From assembly GCA_951406725.2 (NCBI GenBank), contig CATOCA020000001.1:9362001-9426000 (forward strand): a stretch of 64,000 nucleotides of DNA, written 5' to 3'. Below are positions 1-12,400 of the stretch, one piece after another. The position numbers were made by a program, and so were the translations under genes. A model generated the notes under the pieces. It was given only the letters and a program-made list of their open reading frames with translations. It had not been told where the DNA came from and did not search any database. Every line of letters begins with the position of its first letter. Within the stretch, counting starts at the first letter, position 1. The stretch comes from Octopus vulgaris. Lineage: Eukaryota.

Positions 1-42
<42 letters not shown>

Positions 43-50
43 CATGTATT
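1..50. repeat. (TA)n/(TATG)n microsatellite
   Basis: Directly visible simple repeat. Confidence 0.95.
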
Positions 51-187
51 TAACATGTATTTATATATTTATGTATTTATGTTTGAGTGGATCAGGCGAA
101 ACTTCAAATAGCTGTTGTTTTAACGAAATCAATATTTACTAAAGATATTGAACCCATTATTTGTTTGATGCTTTCCTTTTCTTCGGT

Positions 188-189
<2 letters not shown>

Positions 190-238
<49 letters not shown>

Positions 239-256
239 CGTGTGTGTGTGCGTGTG
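190..256. repeat. (GT)n microsatellite
   Basis: Directly visible simple repeat. Confidence 0.95.
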
Positions 257-322
257 CGCCTGCTTATATGTGCAGAAAGAAAGAGAAAGAAAGGAAAAGA
301 GAGAAAGCAAATATCTACTCAC

Positions 323-405
323 AGCTTTTGATACGTTCTTAGCAGAGATTTTATATTCGCTGAACTTTTTAAAAGTCAAATGGAATACGAAGAAATTGGT
401 CCAGT
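323..405 (-). CDS. Internal coding exon (83 bp, phase 1 to phase 0), probably the first SEA-like exon of an adhesion GPCR
   Basis: Minus strand has the acceptor cttctttatccttccatAG and the donor GTgagt. Reading is open: (D)WTNFFVFHLTFKKFSEYKISAKNVSKA, an alternating hydrophobic strand followed by a helix. The phase-0 end would join MEREL... of the 61746-61795 exon type. The domain assignment is inference. Confidence 0.6.
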
Positions 406-478
406 CTATGGAAGGATAAAGAAGATAATCATTGCCTTTATAAATGAGGCACACATCAAAGATTCGCACAAACCGACA

Positions 479-3400
479 TACGTGTGTTCGTTCTTTCTGC
501 ATAGCATCTACCTCGCTCTGTCTGTGTACGTGTGTTCGTTCTGTCTGCATAGCATCTACCTCGCTCTGTCTGTGTACGTGTGTTCGTTCTGTCTGCATAG
601 CATCTACCTCGCTCTGTCTGTGTACGTGTGTTCGTTCTGTCTGCATAGCATCTACCTCTCTGTCTGTGTCGGTGTTGTTCTGTCTGCATAGTACCTCGCT
701 CTGTCTGTCGTGTGTTCTGTCTGCATAGCATCTACCTCGCTCTGTCTGTGTTCGTGTGTTCGTTCTGTCTGCATAGCATCTACCTCGCTCTGTCTGTGTA
801 CGTGTGTTCGTTCTGTCTGCATAGCATCTACCTCGCTCTGTCTGTGTACGTGTGTTCGTTCTGTCTGCATAGCATCTACCTCGCTCTGTCTGTGTACGTG
901 TGTTCGTTCTGTCTGCATAGCATCTACCTCGCTCTGTCTGTGTTCGTGTGTTCGTTCTGTCTGCATAGCATCTACCTCGCTCTGTCTGTGTTCGTGTGTT
1001 CGTTCTGTCTGCATAGCATCTACCTCGCTCTGTCTGTGTTCGTGTGTTCGTTCTGTCTGCATAGCATCTACCTCGCTCTGTCTGTGTTCGTGTGTTCGTT
1101 CTGTCTGCATAGCATCTACCTCGCTCTGTCTGTGTTCGTGTGTTCGTTCTGTCTGCATAGCATCTACCTCGCTCTGTCTGTGTTCGTGTGTTCGTTCTGT
1201 CTGCATAGCATCTACCTCGCTCTGTCTGTGTTCGTGTGTTCGTTCTGTCTGCATAGCATCTACCTCGCTCTGTCTGTGTTCGTGTGTTCGTTCTGTCTGC
1301 ATAGCATCTACCTCGCTCTGTCTGTGTTCGTGTGTTCGTTCTGTCTGCATAGCATCTACCTCGCTCTGTCTGTGTTCGTGTGTTCGTTCTGTCTGCATAG
1401 CATCTACCTCGCTCTGTCTGTGTTCGTGTGTTCGTTCTGTCTGCATAGCATCTACCTCGCTCTGTCTGTGTTCGTGTGTTCGTTCTGTCTGCATAGCATC
1501 TACCTCGCTCTGTCTGTGTTCGTGTGTTCGTTCTGTCTGCATAGCATCTACCTCGCTCTGTCTGTGTTCGTGTGTTCGTTCTGTCTGCATAGCATCTACC
1601 TCGCTCTGTCTGTGTTCGTGTGTTCGTTCTGTCTGCATAGCATCTACCTCGCTCTGTCTGTGTTCGTGTGTTCGTTCTGTCTGCATAGCATCTACCTCGC
1701 TCTGTCTGTGTTCGTGTGTTCGTTCTGTCTGCATAGCATCTACCTCGCTCTGTCTGTGTACGTGTGTTCGTTCTGTCTGCATAGCATCTACCTCGCTCTG
1801 TCTGTGTTCGTGTGTTCGTTCTTGTCTGCATAGCATCTACCTCGCTCTGTCTGTGTTCGTGTGTTCGTTCTGTCTGCATAGCATCTACCTCGCTCTGTCT
1901 GTGTTCGTGTGTTCGTTCTGTCTGCATAGCATCTACCTCGCTCTGTCTGTGTTCGTGTGTTCGTTCTGTCTGCATAGCATCTACCTCGCTCTGTCTGTGT
2001 TCGTGTGTTCGTTCTGTCTGCATAGCATCTACCTCGCTCTGTCTGTGTTCGTGTGTTCGTTCTGTCTGCATAGCATCTACCTCGCTCTGTCTGTGTTCGT
2101 GTGTTCGTTCTGTCTGCATAGCATCTACCTCGCTCTGTCTGTGTACGTGTGTTCGTTCTGTCTGCATAGCATCTACCTCGCTCTGTCTGTGTTCGTGTGT
2201 TCGTTCTGTCTGCATAGCATCTACCTCGCTCTGTCTGTGTTCGTGTGTTCGTTCTGTCTGCATAGCATCTACCTCGCTCTGTCTGTGTTCGTGTGTTCGT
2301 TCTGTCTGCATAGCATCTACCTCGCTCTGTCTGTGTTCGTGTGTTCGTTCTGTCTGCATAGCATCTACCTCGCTCTGTCTGTGTTCGTGTGTTCGTTCTG
2401 TCTGCATAGCATCTACCTCGCTCTGTCTGTGTTCGTGTGTTCGTTCTGTCTGCATAGCATCTACCTCGCTCTGTCTGTGTACGTGTGTTCGTTCTGTCTG
2501 CATAGCATCTACCTCGCTCTGTCTGTGTTCGTGTGTTCGTTCTGTCTGCATAGCATCTACCTCGCTCTGTCTGTGTTCGTGTGTTCGTTCTGTCTGCATA
2601 GCATCTACCTCGCTCTGTCTGTGTTCGTGTGTTCGTTCTGTCTGCATAGCATCTACCTCGCTCTGTCTGTGTACGTGTGTTCGTTCTGTCTGCATAGCAT
2701 CTACCTCGCTCTGTCTGTGTTCGTGTGTTCGTTCTGTCTGCATAGCATCTACCTCGCTCTGTCTGTGTTCGTGTGTTCGTTCTGTCTGCATAGCATCTAC
2801 CTCGCTCTGTCTGTGTTCGTGTGTTCGTTCTGTCTGCATAGCATCTACCTCGCTCTGTCTGTGTTCGTGTGTTCGTTCTGTCTGCATAGCATCTACCTCG
2901 CTCTGTCTGTGTTCGTGTGTTCGTTCTGTCTGCATAGCATCTACCTCGCTCTGTCTGTGTACGTGTGTTCGTTCTGTCTGCATAGCATCTACCTCGCTCT
3001 GTCTGTGTTCGTGTGTTCGTTCTGTCTGCATAGCATCTACCTCGCTCTGTCTGTGTTCGTGTGTTCGTTCTGTCTGCATAGCATCTACCTCGCTCTGTCT
3101 GTGTTCGTGTGTTCGTTCTGTCTGCATAGCATCTACCTCGCTCTGTCTGTGTTCGTGTGTTCGTTCTGTCTGCATAGCATCTACCTCGCTCTGTCTGTGT
3201 TCGTGTGTTCGTTCTGTCTGCATAGCATCTACCTCGCTCTGTCTGTGTTCGTGTGTTCGTTCTGTCTGCATAGCATCTACCTCGCTCTGTCTGTGTTCGT
3301 GTGTTCGTTCTGTCTGCATAGCATCTACCTCGCTCTGTCTGTGTTCGTGTGTTCGTTCTGTCTGCATAGCATCTACCTCGCTCTGTCTGTGTTCGTGTGT

Positions 3401-6400
3401 TCGTTCTGTCTGCATAGCATCTACCTCGCTCTGTCTGTGTTCGTGTGTTCGTTCTGTCTGCATAGCATCTACCTCGCTCTGTCTGTGTTCGTGTGTTCGT
3501 TCTGTCTGCATAGCATCTACCTCGCTCTGTCTGTGTTCGTGTGTTCGTTCTGTCTGCATAGCATCTACCTCGCTCTGTCTGTGTTCGTGTGTTCGTTCTG
3601 TCTGCATAGCATCTACCTCGCTCTGTCTGTGTTCGTGTGTTCGTTCTGTCTGCATAGCATCTACCTCGCTCTGTCTGTGTTCGTGTGTTCGTTCTGTCTG
3701 CATAGCATCTACCTCGCTCTGTCTGTGTTCGTGTGTTCGTTCTGTCTGCATAGCATCTACCTCGCTCTGTCTGTGTACGTGTGTTCGTTCTGTCTGCATA
3801 GCATCTACCTCGCTCTGTCTGTGTTCGTGTGTTCGTTCTGTCTGCATAGCATCTACCTCGCTCTGTCTGTGTTCGTGTGTTCGTTCTGTCTGCATAGCAT
3901 CTACCTCGCTCTGTCTGTGTTCGTGTGTTCGTTCTGTCTGCATAGCATCTACCTCGCTCTGTCTGTGTTCGTGTGTTCGTTCTGTCTGCATAGCATCTAC
4001 CTCGCTCTGTCTGTGTTCGTGTGTTCGTTCTGTCTGCATAGCATCTACCTCGCTCTGTCTGTGTTCGTGTGTTCGTTCTGTCTGCATAGCATCTACCTCG
4101 CTCTGTCTGTGTTCGTGTGTTCGTTCTGTCTGCATAGCATCTACCTCGCTCTGTCTGTGTTCGTGTGTTCGTTCTGTCTGCATAGCATCTACCTCGCTCT
4201 GTCTGTGTTCGTGTGTTCGTTCTGTCTGCATAGCATCTACCTCGCTCTGTCTGTGTTCGTGTGTTCGTTCTGTCTGCATAGCATCTACCTCGCTCTGTCT
4301 GTGTTCGTGTGTTCGTTCTGTCTGCATAGCATCTACCTCGCTCTGTCTGTGTTCGTGTGTTCGTTCTGTCTGCATAGCATCTACCTCGCTCTGTCTGTGT
4401 TCGTGTGTTCGTTCTGTCTGCATAGCATCTACCTCGCTCTGTCTGTGTTCGTGTGTTCGTTCTGTCTGCATAGCATCTACCTCGCTCTGTCTGTGTTCGT
4501 GTGTTCGTTCTGTCTGCATAGCATCTACCTCGCTCTGTCTGTGTTCGTGTGTTCGTTCTGTCTGCATAGCATCTACCTCGCTCTGTCTGTGTTCGTGTGT
4601 TCGTTCTGTCTGCATAGCATCTACCTCGCTCTGTCTGTGTTCGTGTGTTCGTTCTGTCTGCATAGCATCTACCTCGCTCTGTCTGTGTTCGTGTGTTCGT
4701 TCTGTCTGCATAGCATCTACCTCGCTCTGTCTGTGTTCGTGTGTTCGTTCTGTCTGCATAGCATCTACCTCGCTCTGTCTGTGTTCGTGTGTTCGTTCTG
4801 TCTGCATAGCATCTACCTCGCTCTGTCTGTGTTCGTGTGTTCGTTCTGTCTGCATAGCATCTACCTCGCTCTGTCTGTGTTCGTGTGTTCGTTCTGTCTG
4901 CATAGCATCTACCTCGCTCTGTCTGTGTTCGTGTGTTCGTTCTGTCTGCATAGCATCTACCTCGCTCTGTCTGTGTTCGTGTGTTCGTTCTGTCTGCATA
5001 GCATCTACCTCGCTCTGTCTGTGTTCGTGTGTTCGTTCTGTCTGCATAGCATCTACCTCGCTCTGTCTGTGTTCGTGTGTTCGTTCTGTCTGCATAGCAT
5101 CTACCTCGCTCTGTCTGTGTTCGTGTGTTCGTTCTGTCTGCATAGCATCTACCTCGCTCTGTCTGTGTTCGTGTGTTCGTTCTGTCTGCATAGCATCTAC
5201 CTCGCTCTGTCTGTGTTCGTGTGTTCGTTCTGTCTGCATAGCATCTACCTCGCTCTGTCTGTGTTCGTGTGTTCGTTCTGTCTGCATAGCATCTACCTCG
5301 CTCTGTCTGTGTTCGTGTGTTCGTTCTGTCTGCATAGCATCTACCTCGCTCTGTCTGTGTTCGTGTGTTCGTTCTGTCTGCATAGCATCTACCTCGCTCT
5401 GTCTGTGTTCGTGTGTTCGTTCTGTCTGCATAGCATCTACCTCGCTCTGTCTGTGTACGTGTGTTCGTTCTGTCTGCATAGCATCTACCTCGCTCTGTCT
5501 GTGTTCGTGTGTTCGTTCTGTCTGCATAGCATCTACCTCGCTCTGTCTGTGTTCGTGTGTTCGTTCTGTCTGCATAGCATCTACCTCGCTCTGTCTGTGT
5601 TCGTGTGTTCGTTCTGTCTGCATAGCATCTACCTCGCTCTGTCTGTGTTCGTGTGTTCGTTCTGTCTGCATAGCATCTACCTCGCTCTGTCTGTGTTCGT
5701 GTGTTCGTTCTGTCTGCATAGCATCTACCTCGCTCTGTCTGTGTTCGTGTGTTCGTTCTGTCTGCATAGCATCTACCTCGCTCTGTCTGTGTTCGTGTGT
5801 TCGTTCTGTCTGCATAGCATCTACCTCGCTCTGTCTGTGTTCGTGTGTTCGTTCTGTCTGCATAGCATCTACCTCGCTCTGTCTGTGTTCGTGTGTTCGT
5901 TCTGTCTGCATAGCATCTACCTCGCTCTGTCTGTGTTCGTGTGTTCGTTCTGTCTGCATAGCATCTACCTCGCTCTGTCTGTGTTCGTGTGTTCGTTCTG
6001 TCTGCATAGCATCTACCTCGCTCTGTCTGTGTTCGTGTGTTCGTTCTGTCTGCATAGCATCTACCTCGCTCTGTCTGTGTACGTGTGTTCGTTCTGTCTG
6101 CATAGCATCTACCTCGCTCTGTCTGTGTTCGTGTGTTCGTTCTGTCTGCATAGCATCTACCTCGCTCTGTCTGTGTTCGTGTGTTCGTTCTGTCTGCATA
6201 GCATCTACCTCGCTCTGTCTGTGTTCGTGTGTTCGTTCTGTCTGCATAGCATCTACCTCGCTCTGTCTGTGTTCGTGTGTTCGTTCTGTCTGCATAGCAT
6301 CTACCTCGCTCTGTCTGTGTTCGTGTGTTCGTTCTGTCTGCATAGCATCTACCTCGCTCTGTCTGTGTTCGTGTGTTCGTTCTGTCTGCATAGCATCTAC

Positions 6401-9400
6401 CTCGCTCTGTCTGTGTTCGTGTGTTCGTTCTGTCTGCATAGCATCTACCTCGCTCTGTCTGTGTTCGTGTGTTCGTTCTGTCTGCATAGCATCTACCTCG
6501 CTCTGTCTGTGTTCGTGTGTTCGTTCTGTCTGCATAGCATCTACCTCGCTCTGTCTGTGTTCGTGTGTTCGTTCTGTCTGCATAGCATCTACCTCGCTCT
6601 GTCTGTGTTCGTGTGTTCGTTCTGTCTGCATAGCATCTACCTCGCTCTGTCTGTGTTCGTGTGTTCGTTCTGTCTGCATAGCATCTACCTCGCTCTGTCT
6701 GTGTTCGTGTGTTCGTTCTGTCTGCATAGCATCTACCTCGCTCTGTCTGTGTTCGTGTGTTCGTTCTGTCTGCATAGCATCTACCTCGCTCTGTCTGTGT
6801 TCGTGTGTTCGTTCTGTCTGCATAGCATCTACCTCGCTCTGTCTGTGTTCGTGTGTTCGTTCTGTCTGCATAGCATCTACCTCGCTCTGTCTGTGTTCGT
6901 GTGTTCGTTCTGTCTGCATAGCATCTACCTCGCTCTGTCTGTGTTCGTGTGTTCGTTCTGTCTGCATAGCATCTACCTCGCTCTGTCTGTGTTCGTGTGT
7001 TCGTTCTGTCTGCATAGCATCTACCTCGCTCTGTCTGTGTTCGTGTGTTCGTTCTGTCTGCATAGCATCTACCTCGCTCTGTCTGTGTTCGTGTGTTCGT
7101 TCTGTCTGCATAGCATCTACCTCGCTCTGTCTGTGTACGTGTGTTCGTTCTGTCTGCATAGCATCTACCTCGCTCTGTCTGTGTTCGTGTGTTCGTTCTG
7201 TCTGCATAGCATCTACCTCGCTCTGTCTGTGTTCGTGTGTTCGTTCTGTCTGCATAGCATCTACCTCGCTCTGTCTGTGTTCGTGTGTTCGTTCTGTCTG
7301 CATAGCATCTACCTCGCTCTGTCTGTGTTCGTGTGTTCGTTCTGTCTGCATAGCATCTACCTCGCTCTGTCTGTGTTCGTGTGTTCGTTCTGTCTGCATA
7401 GCATCTACCTCGCTCTGTCTGTGTACGTGTGTTCGTTCTGTCTGCATAGCATCTACCTCGCTCTGTCTGTGTTCGTGTGTTCGTTCTGTCTGCATAGCAT
7501 CTACCTCGCTCTGTCTGTGTTCGTGTGTTCGTTCTGTCTGCATAGCATCTACCTCGCTCTGTCTGTGTTCGTGTGTTCGTTCTGTCTGCATAGCATCTAC
7601 CTCGCTCTGTCTGTGTACGTGTGTTCGTTCTGTCTGCATAGCATATACCTCGCTCTGTCTGTGTTCGTGTGTTCGTTCTGTCTGCATAGCATCTACCTCG
7701 CTCTGTCTGTGTTCGTGTGTTCGTTCTGTCTGCATAGCATCTACCTCGCTCTGTCTGTGTTCGTGTGTTCGTTCTGTCTGCATAGCATCTACCTCGCTCT
7801 GTCTGTGTACGTGTGTTCGTTCTGTCTGCATAGCATCTACCTCGCTCTGTCTGTGTACGTGTGTTCGTTCTGTCTGCATAGCATCTACCTCGCTCTGTCT
7901 GTGTTCGTGTGTTCGTTCTGTCTGCATAGCATCTACCTCGCTCTGTCTGTGTTCGTGTGTTCGTTCTGTCTGCATAGCATCTACCTCGCTCTGTCTGTGT
8001 TCGTGTGTTCGTTCTGTCTGCATAGCATCTACCTCGCTCTGTCTGTGTTCGTGTGTTCGTTCTGTCTGCATAGCATCTACCTCGCTCTGTCTGTGTTCGT
8101 GTGTTCGTTCTGTCTGCATAGCATCTACCTCGCTCTGTCTGTGTTCGTGTGTTCGTTCTGTCTGCATAGCATCTACCTCGCTCTGTCTGTGTTCGTGTGT
8201 TCGTTCTGTCTGCATAGCATCTACCTCGCTCTGTCTGTGTTCGTGTGTTCGTTCTGTCTGCATAGCATCTACCTCGCTCTGTCTGTGTACGTGTGTTCGT
8301 TCTGTCTGCATAGCATCTACCTCGCTCTGTCTGTGTTCGTGTGTTCGTTCTGTCTGCATAGCATCTACCTCGCTCTGTCTGTGTTCGTGTGTTCGTTCTG
8401 TCTGCATAGCATCTACCTCGCTCTGTCTGTGTTCGTGTGTTCGTTCTGTCTGCATAGCATCTACCTCGCTCTGTCTGTGTACGTGTGTTCGTTCTGTCTG
8501 CATAGCATCTACCTCGCTCTGTCTGTGTTCGTGTGTTCGTTCTGTCTGCATAGCATCTACCTCGCTCTGTCTGTGTTCGTGTGTTCGTTCTGTCTGCATA
8601 GCATCTACCTCGCTCTGTCTGTGTTCGTGTGTTCGTTCTGTCTGCATAGCATCTACCTCGCTCTGTCTGTGTTCGTGTGTTCGTTCTGTCTGCATAGCAT
8701 CTACCTCGCTCTGTCTGTGTTCGTGTGTTCGTTCTGTCTGCATAGCATCTACCTCGCTCTGTCTGTGTTCGTGTGTTCGTTCTGTCTGCATAGCATCTAC
8801 CTCGCTCTGTCTGTGTTCGTGTGTTCGTTCTGTCTGCATAGCATCTACCTCGCTCTGTCTGTGTTCGTGTGTTCGTTCTGTCTGCATAGCATCTACCTCG
8901 CTCTGTCTGTGTTCGTGTGTTCGTTCTGTCTGCATAGCATCTACCTCGCTCTGTCTGTGTTCGTGTGTTCGTTCTGTCTGCATAGCATCTACCTCGCTCT
9001 GTCTGTGTTCGTGTGTTCGTTCTGTCTGCATAGCATCTACCTCGCTCTGTCTGTGTTCGTGTGTTCGTTCTGTCTGCATAGCATCTACCTCGCTCTGTCT
9101 GTGTTCGTGTGTTCGTTCTGTCTGCATAGCATCTACCTCGCTCTGTCTGTGTTCGTGTGTTCGTTCTGTCTGCATAGCATCTACCTCGCTCTGTCTGTGT
9201 TCGTGTGTTCGTTCTGTCTGCATAGCATCTACCTCGCTCTGTCTGTGTTCGTGTGTTCGTTCTGTCTGCATAGCATCTACCTCGCTCTGTCTGTGTACGT
9301 GTGTTCGTTCTGTCTGCATAGCATCTACCTCGCTCTGTCTGTGTTCGTGTGTTCGTTCTGTCTGCATAGCATCTACCTCGCTCTGTCTGTGTTCGTGTGT

Positions 9401-12400
9401 TCGTTCTGTCTGCATAGCATCTACCTCGCTCTGTCTGTGTTCGTGTGTTCGTTCTGTCTGCATAGCATCTACCTCGCTCTGTCTGTGTTCGTGTGTTCGT
9501 TCTGTCTGCATAGCATCTACCTCGCTCTGTCTGTGTTCGTGTGTTCGTTCTGTCTGCATAGCATCTACCTCGCTCTGTCTGTGTTCGTGTGTTCGTTCTG
9601 TCTGCATAGCATCTACCTCGCTCTGTCTGTGTTCGTGTGTTCGTTCTGTCTGCATAGCATCTACCTCGCTCTGTCTGTGTTCGTGTGTTCGTTCTGTCTG
9701 CATAGCATCTACCTCGCTCTGTCTGTGTTCGTGTGTTCGTTCTGTCTGCATAGCATCTACCTCGCTCTGTCTGTGTTCGTGTGTTCGTTCTGTCTGCATA
9801 GCATCTACCTCGCTCTGTCTGTGTTCGTGTGTTCGTTCTGTCTGCATAGCATCTACCTCGCTCTGTCTGTGTTCGTGTGTTCGTTCTGTCTGCATAGCAT
9901 CTACCTCGCTCTGTCTGTGTTCGTGTGTTCGTTCTGTCTGCATAGCATCTACCTCGCTCTGTCTGTGTTCGTGTGTTCGTTCTGTCTGCATAGCATCTAC
10001 CTCGCTCTGTCTGTGTTCGTGTGTTCGTTCTGTCTGCATAGCATCTACCTCGCTCTGTCTGTGTTCGTGTGTTCGTTCTGTCTGCATAGCATCTACCTCG
10101 CTCTGTCTGTGTTCGTGTGTTCGTTCTGTCTGCATAGCATCTACCTCGCTCTGTCTGTGTTCGTGTGTTCGTTCTGTCTGCATAGCATCTACCTCGCTCT
10201 GTCTGTGTTCGTGTGTTCGTTCTGTCTGCATAGCATCTACCTCGCTCTGTCTGTGTTCGTGTGTTCGTTCTGTCTGCATAGCATCTACCTCGCTCTGTCT
10301 GTGTACGTGTGTTCGTTCTGTCTGCATAGCATCTACCTCGCTCTGTCTGTGTTCGTGTGTTCGTTCTGTCTGCATAGCATCTACCTCGCTCTGTCTGTGT
10401 TCGTGTGTTCGTTCTGTCTGCATAGCATCTACCTCGCTCTGTCTGTGTTCGTGTGTTCGTTCTGTCTGCATAGCATCTACCTCGCTCTGTCTGTGTTCGT
10501 GTGTTCGTTCTGTCTGCATAGCATCTACCTCGCTCTGTCTGTGTTCGTGTGTTCGTTCTGTCTGCATAGCATCTACCTCGCTCTGTCTGTGTTCGTGTGT
10601 TCGTTCTGTCTGCATAGCATCTACCTCGCTCTGTCTGTGTACGTGTGTTCGTTCTGTCTGCATAGCATCTACCTCGCTCTGTCTGTGTTCGTGTGTTCGT
10701 TCTGTCTGCATAGCATCTACCTCGCTCTGTCTGTGTTCGTGTGTTCGTTCTGTCTGCATAGCATATACCTCGCTCTGTCTGTGTTCGTGTGTTCGTTCTG
10801 TCTGCATAGCATCTACCTCGCTCTGTCTGTGTTCGTGTGTTCGTTCTGTCTGCATAGCATCTACCTCGCTCTGTCTGTGTTCGTGTGTTCGTTCTGTCTG
10901 CATAGCATCTACCTCGCTCTGTCTGTGTTCGTGTGTTCGTTCTGTCTGCATAGCATCTACCTCGCTCTGTCTGTGTACGTGTGTTCGTTCTGTCTGCATA
11001 GCATCTACCTCGCTCTGTCTGTGTACGTGTGTTCGTTCTGTCTGCATAATATATACTTCGCTCTGTCTGTGTTCGTGTGTTCGTTCTGTCTGCATAGCAT
11101 CTACCTCGCTCTGTCTGTGTTCGTGTGTTCGTTCTGTCTGCATAATATATACTTCGCTCTGTCTGTGTTCATGTGTTCGTTCTGTCTGCATAGCATCTAC
11201 CTCGCTCTGTCTGTGTACGTGTGTTCGTTCTGTCTGCATAGCATCTACCTCGCTCTGTCTGTGTTCGTGTGTTCGTTCTGTCTGCATAGCATCTACCTCG
11301 CTCTGTCTGTGTTCGTGTGTTCGTTCTGTCTGCATAGCATCTACCTCGCTCTGTCTGTGTTCGTGTGTTCGTTCTGTCTGCATAGCATCTACCTCGCTCT
11401 GTCTGTGTTCGTGTGTTCGTTCTGTCTGCATAGCATCTACCTCGCTCTGTCTGTGTTCGTGTGTTCGTTCTGTCTGCATAGCATCTACCTCGCTCTGTCT
11501 GTGTTCGTGTGTTCGTTCTGTCTGCATAGCATCTACCTCGCTCTGTCTGTGTTCGTGTGTTCGTTCTGTCTGCATAGCATCTACCTCGCTCTGTCTGTGT
11601 ACGTGTGTTCGTTCTGTCTGCATAGCATCTACCTCGCTCTGTCTGTGTTCGTGTGTTCGTTCTGTCTGCATAGCATCTACCTCGCTCTGTCTGTGTTCGT
11701 GTGTTCGTTCTGTCTGCATAGCATCTACCTCGCTCTGTCTGTGTTCGTGTGTTCGTTCTGTCTGCATAGCATCTACCTCGCTCTGTCTGTGTACGTGTGT
11801 TCGTTCTGTCTGCATAGCATCTACCTCGCTCTGTCTGTGTTCGTGTGTTCGTTCTGTCTGCATAGCATCTACCTCGCTCTGTCTGTGTTCGTGTGTTCGT
11901 TCTGTCTGCATAGCATCTACCTCGCTCTGTCTGTGTTCGTGTGTTCGTTCTGTCTGCATAGCATCTACCTCGCTCTGTCTGTGTTCGTGTGTTCGTTCTG
12001 TCTGCATAGCATCTACCTCGCTCTGTCTGTGTTCGTGTGTTCGTTCTGTCTGCATAGCATCTACCTCGCTCTGTCTGTGTTCGTGTGTTCGTTCTGTCTG
12101 CATAGCATCTACCTCGCTCTGTCTGTGTTCGTGTGTTCGTTCTGTCTGCATAGCATCTACCTCGCTCTGTCTGTGTTCGTGTGTTCGTTCTGTCTGCATA
12201 GCATCTACCTCGCTCTGTCTGTGTTCGTGTGTTCGTTCTGTCTGCATAGCATCTACCTCGCTCTGTCTGTGTTCGTGTGTTCGTTCTGTCTGCATAGCAT
12301 CTACCTCGCTCTGTCTGTGTTACGTGTGTTCGTTCTGTCTGCATAGCATCTACCTCGCTCTGTCTGTGTTCGTGTGTTCGTTCTGTCTGCATAGCATCTA

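Noticed and set aside
87-186. Plus-strand exon ending at a GTAAGT donor
   Set aside because: There is no convincing acceptor or recognisable peptide, and no other plus-strand exons were found.
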